Shown: positions 1-9,326 of the stretch, in pieces | How the letters are laid out: every line of letters starts with the position of its first letter | Numbering within the stretch: position 1 is the first letter of the stretch | From: Dehalococcoidia bacterium | Lineage (GTDB): Bacteria; Chloroflexota; Dehalococcoidia; Lucifugimonadales; UBA3495 | Assembly: GCA_965232895.1 (NCBI GenBank) | Contig: OZ247430.1 | Location: 3,456,122 to 3,520,121 of the forward strand | Direction of reading: 5' to 3' | Length of the DNA: 64,000 nt | Notes under the pieces: model-generated | Told to the model about the DNA's origin: nothing | Database searches by the model: none | What the model saw: only the letters and a program-made list of their open reading frames with translations | Position numbers and translations under genes: made by a program

Positions 1-899
1 GGGGGTTGGCGTTGCGAGAGCAGGACGCGCCCATCGTCGGGCTGGCGTGTACGGCTACGATTGCCACCGACCGGACCAAACGCGGCGACCACCGCGCTTT
101 CATTGCCGCCTGGGACGATGAGGGGGTGACCACCGACTCGATCGTGCTGGAAAAAGGGCTGCGCGACCGGGCTGAAGAAGAGGACGTGGTCAGCCGTCTG
201 GTCATCGGCGCCATAGCCCGCGCCTGCGGCGTTTCCGCGGAGCTGGATCTGGGATTGGCGCCTTCGGAGCGGCTGGTAACCGAAACTTCCCGACACGCCG
301 AGCCGGTACAACGCCTGCTGGATGGTGAGGCCGCTTGGGTTACGGTTCACCCGGACGGCCGGATGGTCGTGGACGGAGACGCCCCACGGGCCCTGCTGCC
401 CGGTTCGTTTAACCCTCTTCACGTGGGCCACAATGAGTTGGCCGGCGTAGCGTCCGCGGTGCTGGGGGCGCCGGTCGTATTCGAGCTGTCGGTGTCAAAC
501 GTGGACAAGCCGCCGTTGACCCTGGCGGAAGTTCACGGTCGGCTGGACCAGTTCCGGGGCGCCGGAACGGTGGTGCTTACCCGCGCGGAGACCTTCGTCA
601 AGAAGTCTGAGCTCTTTCCCGGCTGCGGCTTCGTCATCGGTTGGGATACCGTCACCCGTCTGATCCAACCCCGCTATTACGGGAATTCGCCGGAGGCCAT
701 GCTGAAGGCTCTGGCAGACATGTGGGCCAGGGGCAGCCACTTCGCGGTTGGTGGTCGCACCGACGACGGCGGAGCGTTCCGATTGCTTTCAGAGGTGAAC
801 ATCCCGGACGGGTTCCGGCCGATGTTCACGGAAATACCCGAAGCCGACTTCCGGCGCGACGTGTCTTCGACGGCGTTGCGGGAAAGAGGTTCCGGTTGA
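1..899 (+). CDS. Nucleotidyltransferase-superfamily protein (cytidylyltransferase-like HxGH domain); 5' end probably outside the window
   Basis: ORF 6..899 begins at a non-ATG codon next to the window edge. The C-terminal half has GSFNPLHVGH, an (H/T)xGH nucleotidyltransferase signature. Confidence 0.55.
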   Translation, partial: GLALREQDAPIVGLACTATIATDRTKRGDHRAFIAAWDDEGVTTDSIVLEKGLRDRAEEEDVVSRLVIGAIARACGVSAELDLGLAPSERLVTETSRHAEPVQRLLDGEAAWVTVHPDGRMVVDGDAPRALLPGSFNPLHVGHNELAGVASAVLGAPVVFELSVSNVDKPPLTLAEVHGRLDQFRGAGTVVLTRAETFVKKSELFPGCGFVIGWDTVTRLIQPRYYGNSPEAMLKALADMWARGSHFAVGGRTDDGGAFRLLSEVNIPDGFRPMFTEIPEADFRRDVSSTALRERGSG

Positions 900-988
900 C
901 AGCAATCCGGTAATTTGATAGATTGACACTAGTCGGCAGGGCTACTAGCTAGGCCCGTTGAAGCCTCGCTTCAGCCGACTGATTTGGT

Positions 989-1753
989 ATGTATATACTC
1001 TATCTGGATGAGTCTGGTGCCCATGGCGAAGCCAGCCACTTCGTGCTCGCCGGCCTTGCTGTGTTCGAACGGGAAATCCATTGGTTCAGTCAGGATCTGG
1101 ATGCCCTACAGCGGGAGTTTTTACCTAACGAAACTGGACCCGTTTTCTTCCACGCTTCGCAACTACGAACAAGGGTCAACGACAACGTCGAGGCACCTTG
1201 GGACAAACTGACGGTGGAACAGCGCCGGGAATTGAAGGACCGGGTGTACGATGTTATACGGACGAGAAGGGCGGTCCTTTTTGCCTGTGCGGTGGACAAA
1301 TCGTACGCCGGCCTCCGTAACGAAGATCCGTATGAACGAGCATTTGAGGATCTGATAAGCAGGTTTGATTTGTTCATGAGTCGGGCAAACCGACAAGCGA
1401 TTGCCGAAGGTTCTGGGGAGCAACGTGGTTTGGTCGTGCTGGCCGAGTCGAGTTATCAAAAAACGCTAGCTCTTTTGGCACAGAGGCTTCGGCAGGAAGG
1501 CACCAGATGGCGCAACCTGCATAACGTGACTGATATTCCATACTTCGCTCCGGCACGAGATACCCGATTGCTCCAATATGCGGATTTTTGTGCAAATGCC
1601 ATTTACGGACGATACCACTCCAAACTCACTGGTGATTTCGACCGAATCGCTCACAAATTCGACATGGAGTCAGGAGTGGTCCACGGATTGGCACATCTCA
1701 CCAGGGACTCATCATGTGTCTGTTTGGCTTGCTTCAGCAGGCACGATCGCTGA
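989..1753 (+). CDS. DUF3800-family protein
   Basis: The N-terminus MYILYLDESG matches the DUF3800 signature as I recall it. The gene is visibly more AT-rich than its flanks. Confidence 0.6.
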   Translation: MYILYLDESGAHGEASHFVLAGLAVFEREIHWFSQDLDALQREFLPNETGPVFFHASQLRTRVNDNVEAPWDKLTVEQRRELKDRVYDVIRTRRAVLFACAVDKSYAGLRNEDPYERAFEDLISRFDLFMSRANRQAIAEGSGEQRGLVVLAESSYQKTLALLAQRLRQEGTRWRNLHNVTDIPYFAPARDTRLLQYADFCANAIYGRYHSKLTGDFDRIAHKFDMESGVVHGLAHLTRDSSCVCLACFSRHDR

Positions 1754-1771
1754 ATTAGCGTAGGTGTACCC

Positions 1772-2185
1772 ATGGTGATTTCGCTGCTCCAAACGTTCAA
1801 CCCGGCTGACTACGCCGGCAACTGGCTGGCGGTAGTAATCGCCATCGCCATCGCGCTGGCGGCTATCGGGGCGATGTTCGCTGGTTCGCAACTGCTTTCG
1901 GCCCGGCGCCGCTCCGCCGTCAAGCTCACGACCTACGAATGCGGGATACCGCCGACGCCGTTCGCGTGGTCGAATATCAACATCCGCTTCTACATCTTTG
2001 CGATCCTGTTCCTGATATTCGATGTTGAAGCGGTCTTCCTGTTCCCGTGGGCCGTGGTATTTCTGCAGGAAAAAGCGGTGAACGGCAACGCCATACCGTT
2101 CTACGCCATGCTGCTGTTCCTGGCCATGCTGTTTTTCGCCGTTATCTACGGGTGGCGCAAGGGGGTTCTGGATTGGCAGAAATAA
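1772..2185 (+). CDS. nuoA: NADH-quinone oxidoreductase subunit A
   Basis: YECGIPP...[24 protein letters not shown]; three TM segments; first gene of the nuo cluster. Confidence 0.93.
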   Translation: MVISLLQTFNPADYAGNWLAVVIAIAIALAAIGAMFAGSQLLSARRRSAVKLTTYECGIPPTPFAWSNINIRFYIFAILFLIFDVEAVFLFPWAVVFLQEKAVNGNAIPFYAMLLFLAMLFFAVIYGWRKGVLDWQK

Positions 2186-2232
2186 ATCCCGTTACTGGAT
2201 CTTCTGAGGAACCAACGACGTCCCCGCTGGCC

Positions 2233-2787
2233 ATGCCGCCCCGGGCCACGGAGATCGTGCTGGGCGCTGGAAATCGGCCCGGCCCAAGCCTGCTCAACCA
2301 GGCAACCGATGGGCGGGTGCCCGGCGTTATCACGGCGACCACTGACCAGCTGTTTGCCATGGCGCGCAAATCGTCGCTGTGGACCCTCAGCTTCGGGCTC
2401 GCTTGCTGCGCCATCGAGATGATCTCCACGTACATGGCCCATCACGATTTTGACCGTTTCGGCGTCGTGACCTGGCCATCGCCCCGACAGTCGGACGTCA
2501 TGATCGTTGCCGGCACCGTGGTCAAAAAGATGGCCGAGCCCATCCGGCTGCTCTACGAGCAGATGCCGGAGCCGAAGTGGGTCATCGCCATGGGCAGCTG
2601 CGCCACGAACGGCGGCCCCTACTATCGTTCCTACTCCGTGGTGATGGGCGTCGACCACATCATCCCGGTGGACGTGTACGTGCCCGGATGCCCGCCACGC
2701 CCTGAAGCGTTGCTGTACGGCATCCTGAAGCTCCAGGAAAAAATCATGGCCGACGCGGGGGATGGCAGTGCCGCACCCTCGGCGTAA
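2233..2787 (+). CDS. nuoB: NADH-quinone oxidoreductase subunit B
   Basis: GLACCAIEM...[11 protein letters not shown]...[12 protein letters not shown] (N2 cluster cysteines). ATG 2233 was chosen because the ORF-track start 2047 overlaps nuoA. Confidence 0.93.
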   Translation: MPPRATEIVLGAGNRPGPSLLNQATDGRVPGVITATTDQLFAMARKSSLWTLSFGLACCAIEMISTYMAHHDFDRFGVVTWPSPRQSDVMIVAGTVVKKMAEPIRLLYEQMPEPKWVIAMGSCATNGGPYYRSYSVVMGVDHIIPVDVYVPGCPPRPEALLYGILKLQEKIMADAGDGSAAPSA

Positions 2788-3298
2788 CGCTCCGGAGGCG
2801 GACGCGGAGCCGCCGCCGGATCCCGTTGACCTGCTGGCGCCGGCGCGGCGGGAAACTCTGGATCGCGCCATCGGGGTGCTCGCGCAGTACTCACCGGCTC
2901 CAGGCGCGCTGGGAGACCTGCCACAGGTGTCCGTGCCTGCGGCCGACATCGTTTCCGCGTGCGTGGCCTGCCGGGACGACGACTCGCTGGACTGCCGCAT
3001 GTTGCTCTGCCTGGCGTGCGTGGATTACGAGGATCGTTTTGAGTTGGTCTACATCCTGCAGTCGTTGGCCCGGGAGCAGTCGCTGGTGATACGCACGACG
3101 GTATCCTACGAAAATCCTGCCCTGCCATCGGTGTGCGGAGTATGGCCGGCGGCGGACTGGTACGAGCGCGAGGCGCATGACCTGTTTGGCGTAGCATTTG
3201 ACGGTCACCCCGACCTGTCTCCCCTGCTGCTGTATCCGGAATTTGACGGTTACCCGGGCCGGAAATCGTACGAATTCAATGAGTACCGTGAATTCTGA
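2762..3298 (+). CDS. nuoC: NADH-quinone oxidoreductase subunit C
   Basis: [25 protein letters not shown]...[14 protein letters not shown] is typical of NuoC. Confidence 0.9.
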   Translation: MAVPHPRRNAPEADAEPPPDPVDLLAPARRETLDRAIGVLAQYSPAPGALGDLPQVSVPAADIVSACVACRDDDSLDCRMLLCLACVDYEDRFELVYILQSLAREQSLVIRTTVSYENPALPSVCGVWPAADWYEREAHDLFGVAFDGHPDLSPLLLYPEFDGYPGRKSYEFNEYREF

Positions 3299-3609
3299 TG
3301 ACCGCTGCTCAGCAAATGGATATCAATGTCCCGGACGATGCGGCTCCGGTGGAGTTGATTGCGCGGGTCGTGCCCAGCGCCGGACAGTTCCTGGCCACGG
3401 TGGATGGGCTGGAACTTCAGAGCAGTGGACGCACTCGGGAGGCTGCGGAGAATGGGTTGGTCCAGGCAATGCGAGGCTGGCTGGAACGGCAGGATACCGG
3501 TGGCCGCCTGGGACAATCGCTGGGACTTGAGAACCTGACCGAGGAAACCGAAATCGTGCTGCGGTTTGTGGACGACGAACCACCCGTTGCGGACGACACC
3601 GGCGGCTAG
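3298..3609 (+). CDS. Small HicB-like (UPF0150-fold) protein
   Basis: FLATVDGLELQSSGRTREAAENGLVQAMRGWLE follows the HicB-like pattern. The start overlaps the nuoC stop (TGATG). Confidence 0.4.
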   Translation: MTAAQQMDINVPDDAAPVELIARVVPSAGQFLATVDGLELQSSGRTREAAENGLVQAMRGWLERQDTGGRLGQSLGLENLTEETEIVLRFVDDEPPVADDTGG

Positions 3610-3612
3610 GCT

Positions 3613-3915
3613 ATGGATCGGATCGTGTACGAAATCGAGGCGAGGCCCATGGGCGCTGGCTGGTCCGCGCGCTGCCCGGAACTGGAAGTGATGGCGTTCG
3701 GCGACACTCAGGAAGACGCCCGCACTTCACTGCGGAAACAGGTTTCGGACTACCTGGAAGACTGCGAAGAAATGGGCATTTTGGAGGAGGTGCTGATCGA
3801 GGCCGGCTTCTACGACAACGGCGAAGCGTGGATGAGCGCCCGCGTGGAACCGCCGCAGCCCAGCCTGCGTTTCATCGGCTCTCCCTTTCCCGAAACCCGC
3901 GAGCCGTCAGCGTGA
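3613..3915 (+). CDS. Small HicB-like (UPF0150-fold) protein
   Basis: WSARCPELEVMAFGDTQEDARTSLRKQVSDYLEDCEEMG resembles HicB-family antitoxin N-domains. Confidence 0.5.
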   Translation: MDRIVYEIEARPMGAGWSARCPELEVMAFGDTQEDARTSLRKQVSDYLEDCEEMGILEEVLIEAGFYDNGEAWMSARVEPPQPSLRFIGSPFPETREPSA

Positions 3916-3947
3916 TCAGCGCGTTGTCGGATTCGATCGCGTAAACC

Positions 3948-5099
3948 ATGGCCGATCCTACTGCCATCACTACCCAGATGCCTGACGGCGTCCGCGAAGG
4001 GACGCAGCCGGTGGAGATGCTGCTCAACATGGGGCCGCAGCATCCGTCGACCCACGGCGTGTTCCGCATGGTGCTCTGGGTGGATGGCGAGAAGGTGGTC
4101 GACGTTGAGCCTCACATCGGTTACCTGCACCGGGGATCCGAGAAGCTCTGCGAGGGCGAGCAGTACCACCAGGTAGTCACACTGTTCGACCGGATGGACT
4201 ACATCGGCAACTTCAACAACGAGTTGGCTTACTGCATGGCCGTCGAGAAGCTGATGGGCCTGGAGGTGCCGGAGCGGGCGGAATACATCCGCGTGATCCT
4301 GTGCGAGCTGAATCGCATCGCCAGCCACCTGCTTTACGTCGGAACCATGGGCCTGGACGCCGGCGCCATGACGCCGGTGATGTTCTCCTTCCGCGGCCGT
4401 GAGCGGGTTCAGGCGTTGTTCGAAGCCGTTTCGGGCGCCCGCTTGATGCACAACTATTTTCGCATCGGCGGCCTCAAGGAGGACGTTCCCGACAATTTCC
4501 GACAGTTGGTGGGAGAGTTGATGCCGCTGCTGCGGGAAGACGTCGAGCAGAGTGACCGCATTCTGACCTTCAACGAAATCTTCCTGTCCCGCCTCAAAGA
4601 CGTCAGCCCGATAGGGGCCGACGAAGCCATCGCCCTGGGCCTCACCGGGCCGATGCTTCGTGCCTGCGGCTATGAGTACGATGTCCGCAAGGCGCAGCCG
4701 TACTCGATATACGACCGTTTCGACTTTGAGGTGCCGGTGGGTCTGGACGGAGATTGCTGGGACCGGCATTGGGTACGGGTCCAGGAGATGTACCAGTCCC
4801 TGCAGATCGTCGAGCAGGCGATGGAACAATTGCCCGAGGGCTCGGTAACTTCGTCTCTGGGCCGGCGCCTGATTCGCCCGGCCGCCGGTGAGGCCTACGT
4901 TCGCGCCGAGAACCCCCGGGGCGAGATCGGTGTGTACCTGGTCAGCGACGGCACCGACCGGCCCTACCGGGTGAAGGTGCGGCCGCCGTCCTTCTGCAAT
5001 CTGTCCGCACTGCGCCGGCTGCTCGTTGACACCTGGCTGGCGGACAGCGTGGTGGTGCTGGGATCGCTGGACATCGTGCTGGGCGAGGTGGACCGGTGA
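3948..5099 (+). CDS. nuoD: NADH-quinone oxidoreductase subunit D
   Basis: LNMGPQHPSTHGVFRMVLWVDGEKVVDVEPHIGYLHRGSEKL. Confidence 0.96.
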   Translation: MADPTAITTQMPDGVREGTQPVEMLLNMGPQHPSTHGVFRMVLWVDGEKVVDVEPHIGYLHRGSEKLCEGEQYHQVVTLFDRMDYIGNFNNELAYCMAVEKLMGLEVPERAEYIRVILCELNRIASHLLYVGTMGLDAGAMTPVMFSFRGRERVQALFEAVSGARLMHNYFRIGGLKEDVPDNFRQLVGELMPLLREDVEQSDRILTFNEIFLSRLKDVSPIGADEAIALGLTGPMLRACGYEYDVRKAQPYSIYDRFDFEVPVGLDGDCWDRHWVRVQEMYQSLQIVEQAMEQLPEGSVTSSLGRRLIRPAAGEAYVRAENPRGEIGVYLVSDGTDRPYRVKVRPPSFCNLSALRRLLVDTWLADSVVVLGSLDIVLGEVDR

Positions 5100-6208
5100 A
5101 TTTCCTGGTCGATCTGGCATGGAGCGCCCTCGGGCTCGCGGTCATGTTCGCCGTGCTGTCGGTGATCGTGTTGTCCATGACCTGGCTGGAGCGCAAGGCT
5201 CTGGGCCGCCTCCAACTGCGCTACGGGCCTACCCGCACGGGATTGTTCGGACTGATGCAGCCCATCGCCGACGCGGTAAAGCTGATCATCAAGGAAGACA
5301 TCATCCCCGACGACTCGGAAAAAGCCATCTTCTGGATCGCACCGGTGATCGTCGTCGTATCCGCCTTCGTCATCTGGGTGACCATACCCGGCGGCGACAA
5401 CGTGGTGATCCGTAACCTGCCTCTGGGACTGTTCTACATCATCGCCTTTGCCGTGATCGGCATCCTCGGGCTGGTGCTGGCCGGCTGGGGATCGGCGAAC
5501 AAGTACGGCATCATGGGTGGGCTGCGGTCGGCCGCGCAGTTGATCTCCTACGAGATCCCGGTGGTCCTGGTGACCGCGGCCGTTGCCATTCTGGCGCAAT
5601 CGCTCGACATGCGTGAAATCGTCGCGCAGCAGTCTTCCTATCCCTACCTGTTGGTTCTGCCGCTGGGCTTTGTGGTGTTCTTCGTCGCCGGCCTGGCGGA
5701 GGTTGGCCGCACCCCCTTCGACATCTACCACGCGGAGAGCGAGGTGGTTGGTGGCCCATTCGTGGAGTACAGCGGCGCCCACTGGTCGGTGTTCTTCCTG
5801 GCCGAGTACATCAACACCTTCGCCATCGCCGCCCTGACGACGCTGCTGTTCCTTGGCGGTTGGGGCGGCCCTGCCCTTCCTGACGTAGTGTGGTTCCTGT
5901 TCAAGACCTACGCCGTGGTGCTGGTGGTGTTCTGGGTGAGGGGAACCTTCCCGCGCCTCCGCATCGACCAACTGATGGCCTTCGCCTGGAAGGTGATGGT
6001 CCCACTGTCCTTCTACACGGTAATCATTGCCGCCGTGTACCGGTTCTACGGCCTGCCCTGGTGGAGCCTGACCATGATGTCCGTCGCCGGGCTGGCGGTT
6101 GCGGGGTGGATCATCTACCGTCGTATGACCGGCCCGGCCCGCCGGGTTGCGGAAGTGCAGCGGCAGCTGGCCGAACGGCGGCGCTCCGCCGCCGGGGCAC
6201 GCACCTGA
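5096..6208 (+). CDS. nuoH: NADH-quinone oxidoreductase subunit H
   Basis: LERKALGRLQLRYGPTRTG...GLAEVGRTPFDIYHAESEVVGG; GTGA overlap with nuoD. Confidence 0.95.
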   Translation: MNFLVDLAWSALGLAVMFAVLSVIVLSMTWLERKALGRLQLRYGPTRTGLFGLMQPIADAVKLIIKEDIIPDDSEKAIFWIAPVIVVVSAFVIWVTIPGGDNVVIRNLPLGLFYIIAFAVIGILGLVLAGWGSANKYGIMGGLRSAAQLISYEIPVVLVTAAVAILAQSLDMREIVAQQSSYPYLLVLPLGFVVFFVAGLAEVGRTPFDIYHAESEVVGGPFVEYSGAHWSVFFLAEYINTFAIAALTTLLFLGGWGGPALPDVVWFLFKTYAVVLVVFWVRGTFPRLRIDQLMAFAWKVMVPLSFYTVIIAAVYRFYGLPWWSLTMMSVAGLAVAGWIIYRRMTGPARRVAEVQRQLAERRRSAAGART

Positions 6209-6256
6209 CCGTCGATGCTGGTATCATATTGGCACGCTCGGCCCGGGTATCTTTCC

Positions 6257-6859
6257 ATGATCACTAACACCCGCAAAATCACCGTCGACGATTTCGAAGC
6301 GATGGCCGCCGATCCCGGTCACCGTTACGAATTGGTGGACGGAGAGTTGGTTGACATGGACGGTAAGCCCAGGCACGGTGCGGTAACGGGAGAGATATAC
6401 TTTTTGCTGCGAGGGCATATCGGACATAGCAACCTGCGCTTTGACGTCGGCGTCAATACCGGTTTCCAGATGGACTCGTTCACCCTGCGATTCCCCGACG
6501 TACACGTGACGTCCTGGGAACGAATGGCCGGGTACGACGAGGGCGTCCCGGGTTGGCCTGCTTTTGCGCCCGACGTAGCGATTGAGGTGGTTTCGGCCAG
6601 CAACACGCCGGCGGCTCTGGATCGTAAAACTGCGGAGTATTTTGAAGGCGGTTCCCTGGCCGTATGGATTGCCGACCCAGACCCACGCACTGTGAAAATC
6701 AGGAGACCAGGGCAACCGGAACGCATCTTTGGCCCGGGTGACGTTCTGAACGGGGAACCCGAAATACCCGGCTTCTCTTGCGCTGTGGCCGACATTTTCG
6801 CGGCGCTGGACTACCGGGCGTCGTCGGCAATCGATGCCGGCCAATCCGGGAGGCAATGA
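6257..6859 (+). CDS. Uma2-family (DUF820) endonuclease
   Basis: ITVDDFEAMAADPGHRYELVDGELVDM...FAPDVAIEVVS is the Uma2 pattern. ATG 6257 was chosen inside ORF 6215..6859. Confidence 0.8.
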   Translation: MITNTRKITVDDFEAMAADPGHRYELVDGELVDMDGKPRHGAVTGEIYFLLRGHIGHSNLRFDVGVNTGFQMDSFTLRFPDVHVTSWERMAGYDEGVPGWPAFAPDVAIEVVSASNTPAALDRKTAEYFEGGSLAVWIADPDPRTVKIRRPGQPERIFGPGDVLNGEPEIPGFSCAVADIFAALDYRASSAIDAGQSGRQ

Positions 6860-7470
6860 TGACCACTGCAACTTCCCCTCCGCTTCACGAGGCAGCTGTC
6901 CATGCGGAAAACGGTTGGCGCAACCTGCCCGACGACCGGCGGTATGAGATGATCGATGGGGATCTGGTGGATCTGCCGCCGATGGGAAGAGCGCCCTCAA
7001 TAGTCGCGGGCAAAATTAATCGCTTGTTCGAACAGCACATTGAAGACGATAATCTTCCTTTCTGGGTGGGGATCGGCGCCTCGTTTCGGTTGGGCTTGTC
7101 AAGCGCGAACTTCAGAATCCCGGATTTATGCGTAACTGCGGAACGACCAGGAACGCTGGCTATCGAAGATGAACCCGGCGTGTGGGAAGGGACGCCCGAC
7201 ACTGCCGTAGAAGTGGTTTCCCCCACCGATACCTACGTGGAGGTTATCGATAAAGCTCGGCTTTACCTCAGACAGGGCGTCGCCACGGTTTTGCTGGTTG
7301 ACGTTTACAACCGGGAAGTAACCGTGCGGCAGTCCACTGGAGAAATCCGCGTCCTCACCGCAGACGACGTACTCACCGGAGAGCCGGTCTTGCCCATGTT
7401 CGCTTGTTCGGTCTCCGAAATTTTCTCCGGGCTGGACCGCGTGGCCGCATTGCGAACGGAGGACGAGTAG
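6856..7470 (+). CDS. Uma2-family (DUF820) endonuclease, tandem paralog
   Basis: RYEMIDGDLVDLPPMG...TPDTAVEVVSPTD; ATGA overlap with the preceding gene; GGGAGG RBS. Confidence 0.8.
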   Translation: MMTTATSPPLHEAAVHAENGWRNLPDDRRYEMIDGDLVDLPPMGRAPSIVAGKINRLFEQHIEDDNLPFWVGIGASFRLGLSSANFRIPDLCVTAERPGTLAIEDEPGVWEGTPDTAVEVVSPTDTYVEVIDKARLYLRQGVATVLLVDVYNREVTVRQSTGEIRVLTADDVLTGEPVLPMFACSVSEIFSGLDRVAALRTEDE

Positions 7471-7472
7471 CC

Positions 7473-8003
7473 ATGCTGGAAAGCCTGAAAGGGATGATGC
7501 TCACCCTGGCGTCGACGGTCTCGGGTTTGCGCCGACCGGTCACGCAGCAGTATCCCAAGGAGGCAACCCCGGTGCGGCCCCGGTTCATGGGGTTCCCGGC
7601 GCTCACGTGGGATGGCCAAATCAGTGAACCTTACTGCACCGGCTGCATGGTGTGCATCCGCAACTGCCCGACGCAGTGCATGTCCGCCAGCATGATGGAC
7701 AATCCCAAGCACGAGGAGGGCGAAAGCAGCCGCCGCAAGATCGTCGATTACTTTGAAATCAATTTGAACCGTTGTATATTGTGCGGCATCTGCGTCGAGT
7801 ACTGCAATTTCGACGCCATCGTCATGAGCCACGAGCACGAGATGAGCACCTACGCGCGCAACGGGGATCGGGTTGACCTCCCTGTATTGCTCGACATCGG
7901 CAAGAAATACCAGGACGATACCGCCTGGATCCCGCCAACTGTGCTGGCCAAGCAGAAAGCCGATGCTGCCAAAGCGGCGGCAGAAGCAGAATCCCCGGCC
8001 TGA
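7473..8003 (+). CDS. nuoI: NADH-quinone oxidoreductase subunit I
   Basis: Two 4Fe-4S motifs (CTGCMVCIRNCP, CILCGICVEYCN); GGAGGA RBS before ATG 7473. Confidence 0.93.
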   Translation: MLESLKGMMLTLASTVSGLRRPVTQQYPKEATPVRPRFMGFPALTWDGQISEPYCTGCMVCIRNCPTQCMSASMMDNPKHEEGESSRRKIVDYFEINLNRCILCGICVEYCNFDAIVMSHEHEMSTYARNGDRVDLPVLLDIGKKYQDDTAWIPPTVLAKQKADAAKAAAEAESPA

Positions 8004-8016
8004 ACCGAGGCTGACC

Positions 8017-8322
8017 ATGCCGAGAGAAGACGAAACTTTCCGCAACATATCGTCGCGCCACCCGCAATACTGCACGTGTGTTGAGTGCGTCGAGAAGCGG
8101 AAGTCCGGCCAGGATGCCACCGTCAGCGGCAAGGTCGGCAAAATTGCCGGCAAGATCGCCGGCAAGGCGGCCAAAGCCGGTAAAATGGGCAAGGGCAAAA
8201 AGCGCGGCAAGACCGGAGCCTCCGGAAACGCCCGCGGCCGAACGCAGTCGGTATCTGAGCCGGTGCGAAAACACAAGGCAGACTGCGAGTGCGCGACCTG
8301 CACGCTCCTCAAGTCAATCTAG
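8017..8322 (+). CDS. Small Lys/Gly-rich protein with two HxxxCxCxxC motifs
   Basis: 101 aa from ATG 8017. HPQYCTCVEC lies near the N-terminus and HKADCECATC near the C-terminus, flanking GKVGKIAGKIAGKAAKAGKMGKGKKRGK. Confidence 0.5.
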   Translation: MPREDETFRNISSRHPQYCTCVECVEKRKSGQDATVSGKVGKIAGKIAGKAAKAGKMGKGKKRGKTGASGNARGRTQSVSEPVRKHKADCECATCTLLKSI

Positions 8323-8481
8323 GTGTTGGTCCCAGAGGATTCCAGGACCGGTCCGCTTATCCAGCAATGCCGTCACCGAAACCAAACCCTCACCACCGGA
8401 GCCGCCAGCGGGGCGGCTCGTACTTTGGCAGTGTACCGGGCGTCTACGTGCGGATCCCGGTAAGCCGGGACACGTAGATCC

Positions 8482-8997
8482 GTGGCGCTGGCCCTGTTCG
8501 CAATCGTGGCCATCTTCACCCTCGGCGGCGCCGTGGGCGTGGTGGCGACTCGTAACGTGGTCCACGCGGCGCTGTTCCTGCTGCTGTCGTTGTTGGGCGC
8601 GGCCGGCGCGTACCTGCTGCTGTTCGCCGAGTTTCTGGCGTTGGTGCAGGTCCTCATCTACGGCGGCGCCGTGACCATCGTCGTGTTGTTCGCGGTGATG
8701 CTGACGCGATCCTCGGAATATCCCCGTATCACTGACAACAAACAATGGCCGCTGGGCTTGATAACGGCCACGGTTCTGGCGGTGGTGCTGGGCGCGGCTT
8801 TCTGGCTGGCTCCCGACGTGGTGGCAGAGCCCCAGGCGCCGGTGTTCACGGAACTGGGCGCTTCCCTGTTCACCAAGTGGGCGCTACCTTTCGAGATCGC
8901 GTCCCTGGTGCTCCTGGTGGCTCTCATCGGGGCCATCATCATCGCCCGAACGCAGAACGTGGCGCAAGGCGAAACGTCCACGGAAGGCGAGGGATAG
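8482..8997 (+). CDS. nuoJ: NADH-quinone oxidoreductase subunit J
   Basis: Hydrophobic; AEFLALVQVLIYGGAVTIVVLFAVML is typical of NuoJ; position in the operon. Confidence 0.9.
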   Translation: MALALFAIVAIFTLGGAVGVVATRNVVHAALFLLLSLLGAAGAYLLLFAEFLALVQVLIYGGAVTIVVLFAVMLTRSSEYPRITDNKQWPLGLITATVLAVVLGAAFWLAPDVVAEPQAPVFTELGASLFTKWALPFEIASLVLLVALIGAIIIARTQNVAQGETSTEGEG

Positions 8998-9004
8998 CCA
9001 CGCG

Positions 9005-9325
9005 ATGGTGCCCCTCCTGTACTTCCAGCTCCTGGGCGCGGCCCTGTTCGGCATCGGTTTCTATGGTGTCCTCGCGCGCCGCAGCGCGGTGCTCATCGTG
9101 TTGTCCATCGAGCTGATGCTGAACGCCGTCAACATCAACCTCATCGCGGCCGCGTCCTACCTGAATGGCACGGGACGTTTCGCCGCCTTCGACGGCCAGA
9201 TCATCGCGATCTTCGTCATCACGGTGGCGGCGGCGGAGGTCGGATTGGCCTTCGCCATTATCCTGCGGATGTATCGCAACCGCGGGACCGTAAACGTCGA
9301 CGAAATCAACCTGCTGAAGTGGTGA
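9005..9325 (+). CDS. nuoK: NADH-quinone oxidoreductase subunit K
   Basis: LSIELMLNAVNINLIA...AAAEVGLAFAIIL. Confidence 0.92.
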   Translation: MVPLLYFQLLGAALFGIGFYGVLARRSAVLIVLSIELMLNAVNINLIAAASYLNGTGRFAAFDGQIIAIFVITVAAAEVGLAFAIILRMYRNRGTVNVDEINLLKW

Positions 9326-9326
9326 T

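Noticed and set aside
2047-2232. N-terminal extension of nuoB in the ORF track
   Set aside because: It overlaps nuoA by 139 nt in another frame, and the extension has no NuoB-like sequence. ATG 2233 gives a normal-length NuoB.
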